Positions 1-10,483 of a DNA stretch of 64,000 nt are shown here, in pieces. The notes beneath the pieces were generated by a model. It made no database searches and had not been told where the DNA came from. It saw nothing but the letters and a program-made list of their open reading frames with translations. Each line of letters begins with the position of its first letter. Position 1 is the stretch's first letter. This DNA is from Podarcis pityusensis (taxonomy: Eukaryota): assembly GCA_964106645.2 (NCBI GenBank), contig OZ067054.1. One strand, 5' to 3'. Both the position numbers and the translations under genes were made by a program.

Positions 1-2
1 TC

Positions 3-920
3 CGCCACCTGGAGTTCAAGTGCCGCAACATCCTGCGAGCCCAGAAGATGCAGCAGCTGCGCGAGCGCTGCATGAAGGCCTGGCTGCTGGAGGAGGAAGG
101 GCTCTACACCTTGGAAGGTGAACCGAAGAAACACGAGTTGTCCGACATCACCGAGCTGCCGGAGCGCTCCGATAAGGACAGCACCAGTGCCTACAACACC
201 GGGGAGAGTTGCCGAAGCACCCCCTTGCTGGAGAGCCCCCTGCGCCGCTTGGCAGAGCCCCCCAACCTCAACCGGACTGCCCCACCTTCACCGCCCCAGC
301 CCAAATTCCGGCGTGAAGAGCGGGTGCGGCGCAGCCCCAAGGCAGGCGGGGAAGGCAGCCCGTACTTGGGGCGGCGGCAGCGGGAGGAGCCGCCCGCTCC
401 TATCAGCCCAATGAGCTTAGCCAGCATATGCAAGGACTCTCTAGGGGGCAAAGGAGAGCCCCGCATGGAGTGGAAAGTGAAGGTGCGCAGCGATGGCACG
501 CGCTACGTGGCCAAGAGGCCAGTGAGGGACCGGCTGCTCAAAGCCAGGGCCATGAAGATCCGCGAGGAGCGCAGCGGCATGACGACGGACGACGACGCCG
601 TCAGCGAGATGAAGATGGGGCGGTACTGGAGCAAGGAGGAGCGGAAGCAGCACCTGATCCGCGCCCGGGAGCAGCGGAAGCGCCGCGAGTTCATGATGCA
701 GAGCCGGCTGGACTGCTTGAGGGAGCGCGAAGGCAGCGAAGCCCGGGGAGTGTCTGGCGAGGTCAACATCCTGGCCCTGAGTCACCGCAAAACCATGAAG
801 AAACGGAGCCGGCGCATCCTGGACAACTGGATCACCATCCAGGAGATGCTGGCGCATGGCACTCGCTCAGCAGATGGGCGCAGGGTTTACAACCCACTGC
901 TGTCCGTCACCACGGTTTGA
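3..920 (+). CDS. PDZD4: PDZ domain-containing protein 4, last coding exon (5' part lies outside the window)
   Basis: Frame open from nt 3 ([32 protein letters not shown]...[34 protein letters not shown]...[29 protein letters not shown]...[10 protein letters not shown]). This matches the PDZRN3/PDZRN4/PDZD4 C-terminus as recalled. PDZD4-type residues and the tail-to-tail position with SSR4 favour PDZD4. Confidence 0.92.
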   Translation, partial: RHLEFKCRNILRAQKMQQLRERCMKAWLLEEEGLYTLEGEPKKHELSDITELPERSDKDSTSAYNTGESCRSTPLLESPLRRLAEPPNLNRTAPPSPPQPKFRREERVRRSPKAGGEGSPYLGRRQREEPPAPISPMSLASICKDSLGGKGEPRMEWKVKVRSDGTRYVAKRPVRDRLLKARAMKIREERSGMTTDDDAVSEMKMGRYWSKEERKQHLIRAREQRKRREFMMQSRLDCLREREGSEARGVSGEVNILALSHRKTMKKRSRRILDNWITIQEMLAHGTRSADGRRVYNPLLSVTTV

Positions 921-1736
921 GCGCATTGGAAGGAGCAACAGAAGGAGTTGCGGTGATGTTCTCCTTCCCTCCAGCTTTGCTGGAGAAAGACGACTAGATG
1001 GGCCAATCCTTTCCTCTGTTATCAGGAAGCTTGCTCTTTGAACACACCAAGGAATCGCTCGCCGTTTGCTGCCAGAGCTCCATTGGGCTCTTTGAACCAA
1101 ATTTCATGGGGGACAGGAAGCCCAGAGTTCCTTGCAGCCTTAAGAACCAGAGGGCAAGAGGGGCCACAGCCCCAATCCTGCATCCACCAGGAGCTTGCTG
1201 CGGAGAGGTCTGTCCCCATCCCGACGCAGATTACCTGTATGGAAGGTGATTGTGCAGGGAAGCTCACTCACCTGACCCTTACTGAGAGCTTTTGCCAGCT
1301 TATCCCCAGCACATCACATTTGGAAGCACAAGGATTCAGCTGTGTTCCTCTCTGCGCAGTATGCGGAGCACAAGGAAAGTGAGGAGGCTCACCCCCTCCG
1401 TACTGGCCAAGGCCAATGAAGGCACTCCTCATCCCCTCCCCTTGGGATATTGTGACATCTTTCTTTCCTCTTTTTCTTTCTCTCTCTCTCTTTTCTCTTT
1501 TGTGGTCGTGGATCTCAATTCCTTTTTCATTTCTCTATTTAAATGGAAGCTTGGGCCCTGGCGGCTCATCCCACAAGCAACTGACAGTCCTCTTCCTGCA
1601 TTTTCTGTCACCTGCTTACCCCGCCCCACCTGCCCCACGGAGAGGGGCTCTAGCTTAGTGGGGGGAGGGGGGAGAGACTGTGGAGCAGAGAGCTTGTGGT
1701 AAAACCCTGTATCCAAGGCTGAACTTGCATTGTTAC

Positions 1737-1742
1737 AATAAA
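1737..1742 (+). terminator. Probable PDZD4 polyadenylation signal
   Basis: AATAAA ~820 nt after the stop codon, followed by U-rich sequence. Confidence 0.55.
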
Positions 1743-4148
1743 AAGAAAACTTTTTACTCATTGCAAAAAACCGTAAAAAACCGTTTCACGGGGGCTTTAT
1801 TTTTGAAGCTTAGTGGTATAGGACACCAGAAAACATCAAATCCTTTTGCACCATAACACAATCCTACAAAACATTCTTCCCCCCCCCCCATTTAAGGAGT
1901 AATATGCTGGCAGATACTGAAAATGGGGTTGCTTTGGGGGAGCGCGCTGCAGAGCAGCTGAGCATAAGCAAAACCCCTCTCCGAATCCTGGTGGCACCCC
2001 ACAACCAAGAGCTTGCAAGTGTCCCTTCCTGCAATCCCTCAGGCTGCAATCCTGTAAGAACTTACCTGGGAACATGTTCCATTGAAGCTAATGGGGCTTC
2101 CGAGGAAACATGCAACTTATTTGCACAGTAAATCAATATTTATTATTCTAAACACCTCAGATAGACTTAACAGAGCAGCCACGTTTTACATGCATGAAGC
2201 CCTGGGCTTCATCAAAAGGATCTCCAGCAGCAGAGCTGGGAAAGGCTCTACCCCGAGACCTTGCAGAGCTAGTCAGAGGAGCAGTGAAGAAGCCCACAGG
2301 GAGATGGACTAATTACTGCTTAGTGTATAAAGTAGCTTAAACTAACATTTGACTCATTTTTAACACGACAATCCAGTTAGTGCATATCACAGTGAAAAGG
2401 CTTGAAGCTGTTTTAGAACATGAACACAATTGTGAGATCAGATATGGCCTTGTGGCAAGAACCAGACAGAAGGAACACAGTGAACACTCACTCCTAATAT
2501 AGGTTCTTTCCCATTTTTAAGAAGTGTACTTGAAGGCTGTTTAATGCTCTTCTATGCTATCACTGCATAGTCTTATGGACATTATCTGTATTGAAAAATT
2601 GATTTATGGATTTTTACTGTCCTTACCCTTTTGATGAACCCCTGAATATATGTATATTTTTGCATGGGCATAAATCCCTGCATGCACTGCTCTAACAAAA
2701 CTACAAGCCCCGCCCCCCAAGTTCCTTAGGGAAATTCGTTACATTTAGGTTGGTATAGTACATGAAGTTTATATCAAAGAATAATATCCCAGGCAAAGGA
2801 AGGGTAGGTAGCATATTGCTGCTGAAAATTGCACACACACACCTCAGTGAAGGGAGTGGCAGCTGCAGCCAGAGGATAAGTTTGTTTTACATTGGGTCCA
2901 TACTTACTCTTGGTTCAATTAAGCAGCGGATTCTAGATGGAACATTCCCTCCCTACCCTCCCACAAATATTTATTTTCTTTAGCTTTTGAATTTAGCAAT
3001 CAAATGTTTAGGAAACCTTTAGTTACCTCCACTTCAAACAATATTTAACGTGAACTTGCTTCGCACTGAACTAATTTTACCTTTTGTATCATTGTAGCCG
3101 ACTTCTACAATGGGCTTAGATTGCCTAGAGAGGACTCAAAAAACCCTCCTGAATTCTAACAAAGGCAGGACTCCCTTTTTCTAACAAATTCTGAATTCTA
3201 ACAAAGGCAGGACTTCTTTTACCCTAGCTACGTCAAGACAAAGCAGCACTCAAAGTCAGTCCCCAAGTGCCTGGGAAGGGGCCAAGACATCGGATGGTTA
3301 ACAGAGCAATGTTAACTCATCGTGTCAAGCAGGTCACAGAGATGCGGGCAGCCACCTGAAAAAAAACTCAGGAAGGCAGGGAAGGCCAAGGTAGTCTCAA
3401 GCAGAGATGATATAGCACAAGCCAGATAGCTTTGCTTGCTCAAGGAAATGGCAAATGGGGACCTCTCCATAACCAGCAAGATTCACTGCCTTTCTAGGAT
3501 CACAGTAGGATATTCAAGAGAGATACTCCCTGCAGCCCCTCTGTGGCACGCTTTCCCTTACTAATCCGGCATTAGCACAACTTTAGAGCAATGGTGTAAT
3601 CCTAGCCGCACTGCACTGGCTCACACCAGGAGCCGCTGTCATTAGGCGGATAAGGAGCTGTGGTGCGAATATTGCTGCTTAACAGGATTAAGGCAAAGAA
3701 AAGGAGACCAAACCTCAGGGGTGGGGTGGCAGCTGCCATTACAGCACATCCACACCACAGAGCCAGCCACTGCTTAAAAGACTGTGCTGCACAAATGGGT
3801 TCAGGTTCAGTCTAGGAGGTGGATTCATGAGAGGTGCTTGTTCCTTTAAGTATCCTGGCATCCTCAAAAGGCTACTTTTAGGAACAAGAAAAGGAGGGAA
3901 GAAGTCCAGTAGAAGCAAACATTTCCTGCCTGAATCCCACCTGGTTATCCTGAGCTGCACTACTGGTCCTTGCATTCTTCTCTCATCCCCTACTCCCTGC
4001 AAGAGCCCCAACAGCTGATTATTGGCAGGCCAGAGGGGGAGCTGCACTGTGTGATGCGGCTCTTGGTGGAGCCCAGTGTAAAGAAATCCTCACCCATCCC
4101 TGGAAAGGACAAGGGCAAACACACACACAGCAAGTTTGGCATGAAAGT

Positions 4149-4154
4149 TTTATT
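4149..4154 (-). terminator. SSR4 polyadenylation signal
   Basis: AATAAA on the minus strand 8 nt after TAA, with GT-rich sequence further downstream. Confidence 0.8.
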
Positions 4155-4162
4155 GAAACAGA

Positions 4163-4267
4163 TTACGCTTGGATGTTGCTCTTGGCACTGAAAGCCATGT
4201 AATACACAAGGAGACCAATGAATGCTGCCAGTACCTCAGTGGAGACCCACGGTCCGCTCCAGGCACC
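4163..4267 (-). CDS. SSR4: SSR4 coding exon 6 (TM helix, stop)
   Basis: [34 protein letters not shown]; aag| acceptor. Confidence 0.93.
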   Translation of the reverse strand, partial: GAWSGPWVSTEVLAAFIGLLVYYMAFSAKSNIQA

Positions 4268-7200
4268 CTTATTGGTTGGGGCGAGGGAGAGGAGGAGAAA
4301 AGAGAACAGAAAACATGTAAGTCACAGAGCTAGGCATACAGAGAGGCATCAGGAACGTTGTAGCTGAATCTTTTCTGTATCCCCGCTTTTGGCCTGCTGT
4401 GCACTTCCATGGAAGATCACAGAACAGCAGCGCCAAGGATAAGGAGCCTTGAGAGACTTAAAAGATTATTGGCCATGAAGGCAGATGGCTTCTACAGAGG
4501 GGAGGGATTTGCATTCAAGGTTTAACCCTGGCTCAGGTGTAGAAATAATCTCAACAGTCAAGCAACAAATTGGGGATCAGGCCTCAAACTGAGGAGACAT
4601 TTTCAGCCAGTGCCCTAAGTGCAAATCACAGCCACCCCAACCAAATTAAAAGGGACATAAAAAGCTTCATTCTGGACCATCCCTTTATGCCCAATATCTT
4701 GTTGCAGGTTGTTGTCCTCCACCACCACTTGCTGACCTCTCCATCCAACCCAAAAATCAAAGTACAGAGAATATCCTCTGCCTTGTGGGCAGATGACCCA
4801 TGCTCAACAGTCCCATTTTGGTGGGGCCAAGGTATCTGCTTCTGCCTTGCAGCAAGGGGCCCAAATTTGGACTCCCGGGTAATGTTCCATGGTGCCCATC
4901 ACAGAATAGACCCACAAACTACCAGTCCTCATTACAGCACTGAAAGATCTAGCATGGCTGTAAAAGATGTTCCACCTTGTCTTGGGCACTGGCCACCCTT
5001 GGAAGCAACCCCTTTCCCCAGAGAGGAGCAGGCTGCCCAACTCCTCCTCCTTTACTCACTCGATGATCCACATTGACCGAAAAGAGGGGTTTGATCTCAG
5101 AGACATCCTCGTTGTTGCGCTGAGCCTGGGGGGGGGGGGGGGAGATAGAATTGGGATATCTGAGTTTACATACAGTTAAACAGGGCTCCTTGTGGGATAA
5201 ATGTTCTCTCCACAGATCTGGTATCACTGCCACTCTCCTAGAAGGAGTAGCTCTACAGGGAAATGTCCAGTGGAGACCATAAAGAGCAACCAGGATGACG
5301 AATATGTTAAGATCTGAAATATTTTCTTTTCTTTTTTAAGTACTGGGGCTCAGGTTGCCATGGGATCCTTGCCATCCACCATTAAAGGAAGGGTCACTCT
5401 TTCGAGTTCCAAGTGTGCGCAGACAGGCTTCAGTTGCTCAGTGGTAACTGAGACACTGTGTGCTTCTCAAAGTGGGTATAAATGGGAGGTAGAGTGAGGA
5501 CAACAAATGTTAGAAGACATGGAGTAAGAGCTGTGAGACTAAGGCCAAGAGTACCAGCAAGAGCTTTCTTTCCTTATGCTACTAGCGAGGTCATGTCACC
5601 TACAGCCCATGTAATTAGTTAAGCCACCCCCTTCCCCCACCAGGGGGCAACCTCACCTTGCGCAAGATGCTATAGGACTCCTCATCAAAGAACTTCACCT
5701 CGTAGGTGCCAGAGCGAGCCAGCTTATGCTCCATGCTCCAAGAGACCTGCCAAAGAAAGGGATGGGCAATCAGTGCTGAGCGAGGATGGACTCCCCCCCC
5801 CCCCGACCAGAGGGGAACATAGATGGGCATGCACACAAAAGATGCTTGCACACATGTGCCACTCACTTCAGTAGCCAGGGCTACTACAAGCCAGACTGGC
5901 CAATGGTTCGGACTAGCAGCTTGCTTTAGCATGGAGTACACTATGGAGGGATCTATGGAACCAGACCCGCCATAAATCCAGAGCCATGCGTTTGTTCAGG
6001 AGGACTGCAATTTCCTAACTTGAATTTATACAGCATAAAGACTGCCAACTTGTTCAGCAATGCCAACGTCAAACATGAAGCCCAAAAACCATAAGGCAGT
6101 TATAGCCTACTTTCTTTAGTTGTTGGCAAACTGCACAACTTTCCCATCACCATCACGGACAAACTATATTGAGTAGAAAAGGGTGTATTCTACAATATTC
6201 TTGCTCTGGTTACCATTATTCTGTGTTGAACATGCCCTGAATGTTATACAAGTCTGATGAATCTGGTTTATTTTTACTTGATTCACTGTTTTTGTCTACG
6301 TTTTCAAGTAACGAAAATGAACATTAAAAAGTGCTTAAACAAGCTGGGAGAAAAATCCAGGATTCTGGATTTTAACAAAGCATCACACGTTGCAGAGAAG
6401 CCTGAAGGGAGCACATTCTCTACACGCGATGTATTAAAAATGCCCATTCTCAAAATATTCCCAGGAGTTAATGTCAATTAAGCTGGCCCCACCCAGAAGA
6501 TATGTGACTGAGCTAGAATTTAAACTCAAATCTGACACTGTTCTGTCCAGAGTGTTACTAGCATTTTGCTGTCTCTACCAGAAATCACTGCTTGTTCTTA
6601 CCTGATAGCGGCCAACATCCTGACCCCGAGTAACAGGAAACTGCTTGCCATTGACATCTGCATAGAGAGCAACATTCTACAGAAAGAGAGTAGGATGAAT
6701 ATCAAATCAAAGGGAATCACAGCACGCCCTATTGAAAGCTCAGGGACAATGGGAAAGGCAAATCTTTCTAGGTCAAATGCCAACATCCCCTCCAAGTTAT
6801 AGGGGTTGTAGAGTCTTTGGTGAAGATAACAGAGAGCCCCTGGATGCACCCTTTTTGTCCCTTTCCCAAAATGTACATGTGCCCCCCACATCAGTGGCTG
6901 GCACTACAGCAAGCCAGGCCAGCCAATGGTTCGGGGAGGCAAGTTAATGTAGCATGGGGTACACTATGGAAAGCCCATGGATTGGGACCCACCATAAATC
7001 CAAATCCATGCACATACTTGGATGCAACTGTTGCAAAACGGGAAACCCTAGCCCCTAGATTTAAGGCCCATTATCAAATCTACAAGGTGGCACTTTATTT
7101 TTAGCAATGAAATAAGCCACGTATTCCAGCACTCACTTGTGCTCCATTCTTACAGGTGAGGGAGATCTCAACAACAAAGACAGTCTCTGAAGAGATTACA

Positions 7201-9594
7201 GCATCTGAGGTAGTGTAGTAGGATGGAGAGATGACTGGGTCTGTACAGGTTTCAGCTGATAGGAAAGAAAAAATGGCTTATGAATCAACACATTATGAAC
7301 CTGAAAAGGGATAAGCGAGCATCTGAGGCCATTCATAGAGGGTGGTCTACATGCAATGTTCCTACGGAGCTCAAGATGTCAGAATGCACCTTAAGGAATT
7401 GCTGAAACCACCTACTGCTACCAACTGATTAATGAAAGGATCCTGTTGAGAGAACTGGATCTAAGGCTCAAGTAGTAAAGAAAACACACATCCTACTAGT
7501 TAAAAAAACAACAGCATCCAGAAGTTAGTAATAATCACAAGCTACTCACATTTGTGACAAGACACGTGTGTGCATGCACATACACATAAATCTATTAAAT
7601 ATTTATAAAACTGTGCCCTTTGTGAATTGCTACATCTCAATGTGGTGGCACCCCAACTGTGGAACTCCCATCTTAGGGAGACTCAACTTATCAGCTTCCT
7701 CAGAATTGCTAGACAGCTGGTCTTTTCAGAGGGTGTTTGTAATGTTGGCTCACAATCTGAGCTAGATTTAACTACAGAATACTGATCTTATTATGCGTTG
7801 GTTGATTATGATTCATATTTTTGTTTTATCATTTTCTACAAATTGCATTGCCAACTGCTTCAACAGCATTGGCTAGAAATTGGTCAAAACATTAAGAAAG
7901 GTCAGATAAAATAAAGTTTCTAGATGTGTCAAATATTAATCCAAACCCCATCAATAAAAGCTAGTAAGTTTTAACTTGGCTGTTACCAGTTTATGTACAG
8001 TTTATATACTTGGCCTTTACCAGTTCATGTACTGCCTCATTATACACATGCACAATGGTAAAACTGCACATTATAAAGGTACAAGTAGGAGCTGAAATGA
8101 AGTGAAGTGTTCCAAGATGCATACATTATGTTCCCCTGAAGCACCATTTTAAGAAAGTCATTAAGTATCCCTATATATTTTCTCTTCTCCTTTATGTTCT
8201 GTGCAAGATCTAGCCCCAAGAAAGAGCTCTGTGAAAACACAAATGGTTGCTTGCTGCTTTCTAACTTGACATTAAGCTCCTGCTGTTGTTTGGATGAACT
8301 GCTCCAGGAATACTTCATTAACATCTTCCAGGATGACGGAAAAATCCAAAGTTAACACAATATATTTTACTGAAACAAATGGGGAAGGCTGTAAAGAAGT
8401 GCGCAAGCTTTAGTGTTTGTCAACACTTTTCATCAGGCCAGAGCTTAAGCAGTGAGAACAAAGGAGGGGAGCGGATGGGAAATGTCATACGGGCATATGG
8501 TAAAAAAGCCACTATTAAACAGAGGCACTACAGGCAGAGTTTGGCCCAACTGCATGATTCCAAAGAAGACCCACTGAATTAGACTTAACTTCCAGATAAG
8601 ACCAATAACGATTCAGCTACACTTTGTGAAAAACGACAACCCCCAACCCTATCAGGCTGAGCCTTGGCATGTGGCTGCGAGGTGTTTCTACTCATAGAAT
8701 CCTAGAAATGTAGAGTTGGAAGGGGGACCCCAGGGTCATCTAGTCCAACCCTCTGCAATGCAGCAATCTCCACTAAATGACCATCCAATCTCTGCTTGAC
8801 AACTTCCAAGGAAGGAGAGTCCACCACCTTCAGAAGCTTCTCTTCTTGAGACCCTGGTGTGCAGCTGCCAGTCAACACGGGGCTAGGTGGGAAAATCCTT
8901 TGACTACCTTCCTATGTTCCTAAGAAAACCCCTGGAATGGGTCAGCTCACAAAGTCTGTCCAGGGCGGCCATGCCTGGCGCGCAGGTGGTGCCACGTGGG
9001 GGACCTTGAGACCGAGGGAGAAGCGTTCGGCCCTCCAGATGTTTCTGGCCTACAACTCCCACGACCCCTAGCTAGCAGGCCCAGTGGTCAGGGATGATGG
9101 GAACTGTAGTCTCAAAACATCTGGAGGCCCGAGGTTGAGGAAGCCTGGTTTACACGGTGCGCTAGACAAGTCAAACCGAGCTGTAAGGAAAGGCTTGAGG
9201 GCAGCACGAACGGCTCGGCCACCCGCCCCTTGGGCCCCCACAGCAACCCCGCGAGGTGGGCGAGCTTCCCGGGGCCAAGACACGTGTCCCCAACATTTCG
9301 CACACGCGTTTCTTCCCCCTACCCGACGACGCCCACAGAACCCTAGAAGTGCAGAGCTGGAAGGGACCCGAGGGTCATCTAGCCCACCCCTGCGAGGCAG
9401 GAACCTCTTTATCCCGGGGGGGGGGACCTCGAACCCACAGCCCTTAGGGCGGGAGTCTCGGGCCCCCGGGAAGCCGGAGGAAGGGCCGGTCCGCCCTCGC
9501 AGCCGCGGCAGGTGACCGTACCTCGCGCCCCGCTCAGCACCAGCAGCGCCGCCGCCGCAGCCAGACGAAGCAGCCTCAGCCCGGCGCCCGCCAT
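4163..9594 (-). CDS. SSR4: Signal sequence receptor subunit delta (TRAP-delta), complete spliced CDS, 175 aa
   Basis: Exons 9594-9522, 7255-7137, 6676-6602, 5746-5657, 5125-5060 and 4267-4163; all GT-AG with consistent phases. Product: [175 protein letters not shown]. Confidence 0.97.
5060..5125 (-). CDS. SSR4: SSR4 coding exon 5
   Basis: [22 protein letters not shown]; cag| and |gtgagt. Confidence 0.95.
5657..5746 (-). CDS. SSR4: SSR4 coding exon 4
   Basis: [30 protein letters not shown]; cag| and |gtgagg. Confidence 0.95.
5852..5989 (-). ncRNA. SNORA80: H/ACA box snoRNA, SNORA42/SNORA80 (ACA42/ACA67) family, copy A, SSR4 intron 3
   Basis: Minus strand: GCATGG..TGGATTTATGG..CCATAGTGTACTCCATGC hairpin, H box AAAGCA, second hairpin CGAACCATT..ACTGA, then ACA + 3 nt; 138 nt; same sense as the host gene. 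Confidence 0.88.
6602..6676 (-). CDS. SSR4: SSR4 coding exon 3
   Basis: [25 protein letters not shown]; tag| and |gtaaga. Confidence 0.95.
6875..7011 (-). ncRNA. SNORA80: H/ACA box snoRNA, SNORA42/SNORA80 family, copy B, SSR4 intron 2
   Basis: Paralog of copy A: GCATGGATTTGGATTTATGGTGGGTCC..CCATAGTGTACCCCATGC, H box ACATTA, CGAACCATT..ACTGA, ACA-TGT; 137 nt. Confidence 0.88.
7137..7255 (-). CDS. SSR4: SSR4 coding exon 2
   Basis: (A)[39 protein letters not shown]; cag| and |gtgagt. Confidence 0.95.
8692..8832 (-). mobile_element. CR1 LINE 3'-end fragment
   Basis: catagaatc..tagagttggaaggg..ggtcatctagtccaacc, the same CR1 3' terminus seen at 16107. Confidence 0.7.
9026..9147. mobile_element. 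Palindromic hAT-type MITE (left end eroded)
   Basis: ggccctccagatgttt..ctacaactccca..tgggaactgtag..aaacatctggaggccc..gaggaagcctg; many copies in the window. Confidence 0.65.
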
Positions 9595-10170
9595 CGCGAC
9601 CAGCGAGACGCGACGAGAAAAGGAGCGGCCCGCCTCCCGCGTGGGGGATGCTGGGGCCGAGGGCCCCCACAGCCAATCCGCTGCTCCGTCGCCGCGTGAC
9701 GCGAGGCGGCCGAAGGGAAAGAGACGTGGCCTTTCCTTGGAAGGTTCCTTAAAATGGCCGCCCGCGACTTTTGTCGCGCCGGAAACCGAGTGGCGGCCTC
9801 CAACTGCGCATGCGTGGGTGATAACACATCTCTCCTACAGCCTCTCTTGTCCTGGATATTCCCGCCTTCGCGCCGAACTTCCTTCGGCCAATAACTCAGG
9901 CGGAAGCATCTGATTGGACGTCGCTTCTGCGGTCAGACGTTTTCTGTCATTGGTCATCCTTGGCTGCCTGGCCCTGCCCATTGGACAAAGGAGACGAATG
10001 GGCGGGATGTATATGTATGAGGGTAAGCCAATGAGATCCACTTTGTGATAAGCAGTGGGATGAAAGTTGTGTAACTGTGCCTAATTGGTCAAGGGGGGGT
10101 GGTCACAGTTTTATAGGCCGGCTGCTGCAGCCTCTCTCTCGCTCCGCTCTCTCATTGGTGCAGCACAGGG
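9200..10170 (-). promoter_or_regulatory. SSR4 CpG-island promoter
   Basis: Dense CpG; YY1-like AAAATGGCCGCC (9751-9762); NRF1 TGCGCATGCG (9805-9814); ETS CCGGAA/GCGGAAG; several CCAAT/ATTGG boxes; GACGTGG (XBP1/UPRE-like) at ~9723. Confidence 0.75.
9522..9594 (-). CDS. SSR4: SSR4 coding exon 1 (signal peptide)
   Basis: [24 protein letters not shown]; phase-1 donor |gtacgg. Confidence 0.9.
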
Positions 10171-10483
10171 GGGCGGATTTGGCCCTGTGGTTCCCAGTTG
10201 CTGATCCCAAGGTTCTTGGGTTCAGACTTCCATTGGCCCCAACAGTTTGGCCGGTAGTCAGGAGCAATGGGTGTTCTATTCCAACAGCATCTGTGCCCAA
10301 GGCCTGATTCTCACTGGAGTGGCAAACCTGGGCCAGAGCTGAAATGCTCTCCTCGTTCCTGGCCATTGCCCGTTTTTGTCGGGGCTGATGGGAGTTGGAG
10401 TTGTTTTCTGCAAAGAGATACACTCCTAAGTTAAAAGTGTGTGTTTCTACAGGAGTATTTGCACTTCCTATACACAGTTTCTC

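Noticed and set aside
428-997. Overlapping and antisense ORFs in the PDZD4 exon
   Set aside because: Shadow frames of a GC-rich coding exon.
4780-5500. Hairpins in SSR4 introns 4 and 5 as additional snoRNAs
   Set aside because: No convincing two-hairpin H/ACA or C/D box layout by eye.
9068-9913. Several 130-200 aa ORFs over the SSR4 CpG island
   Set aside because: Expected by-product of GC-rich, stop-poor sequence; only 9594-9522 is coding.
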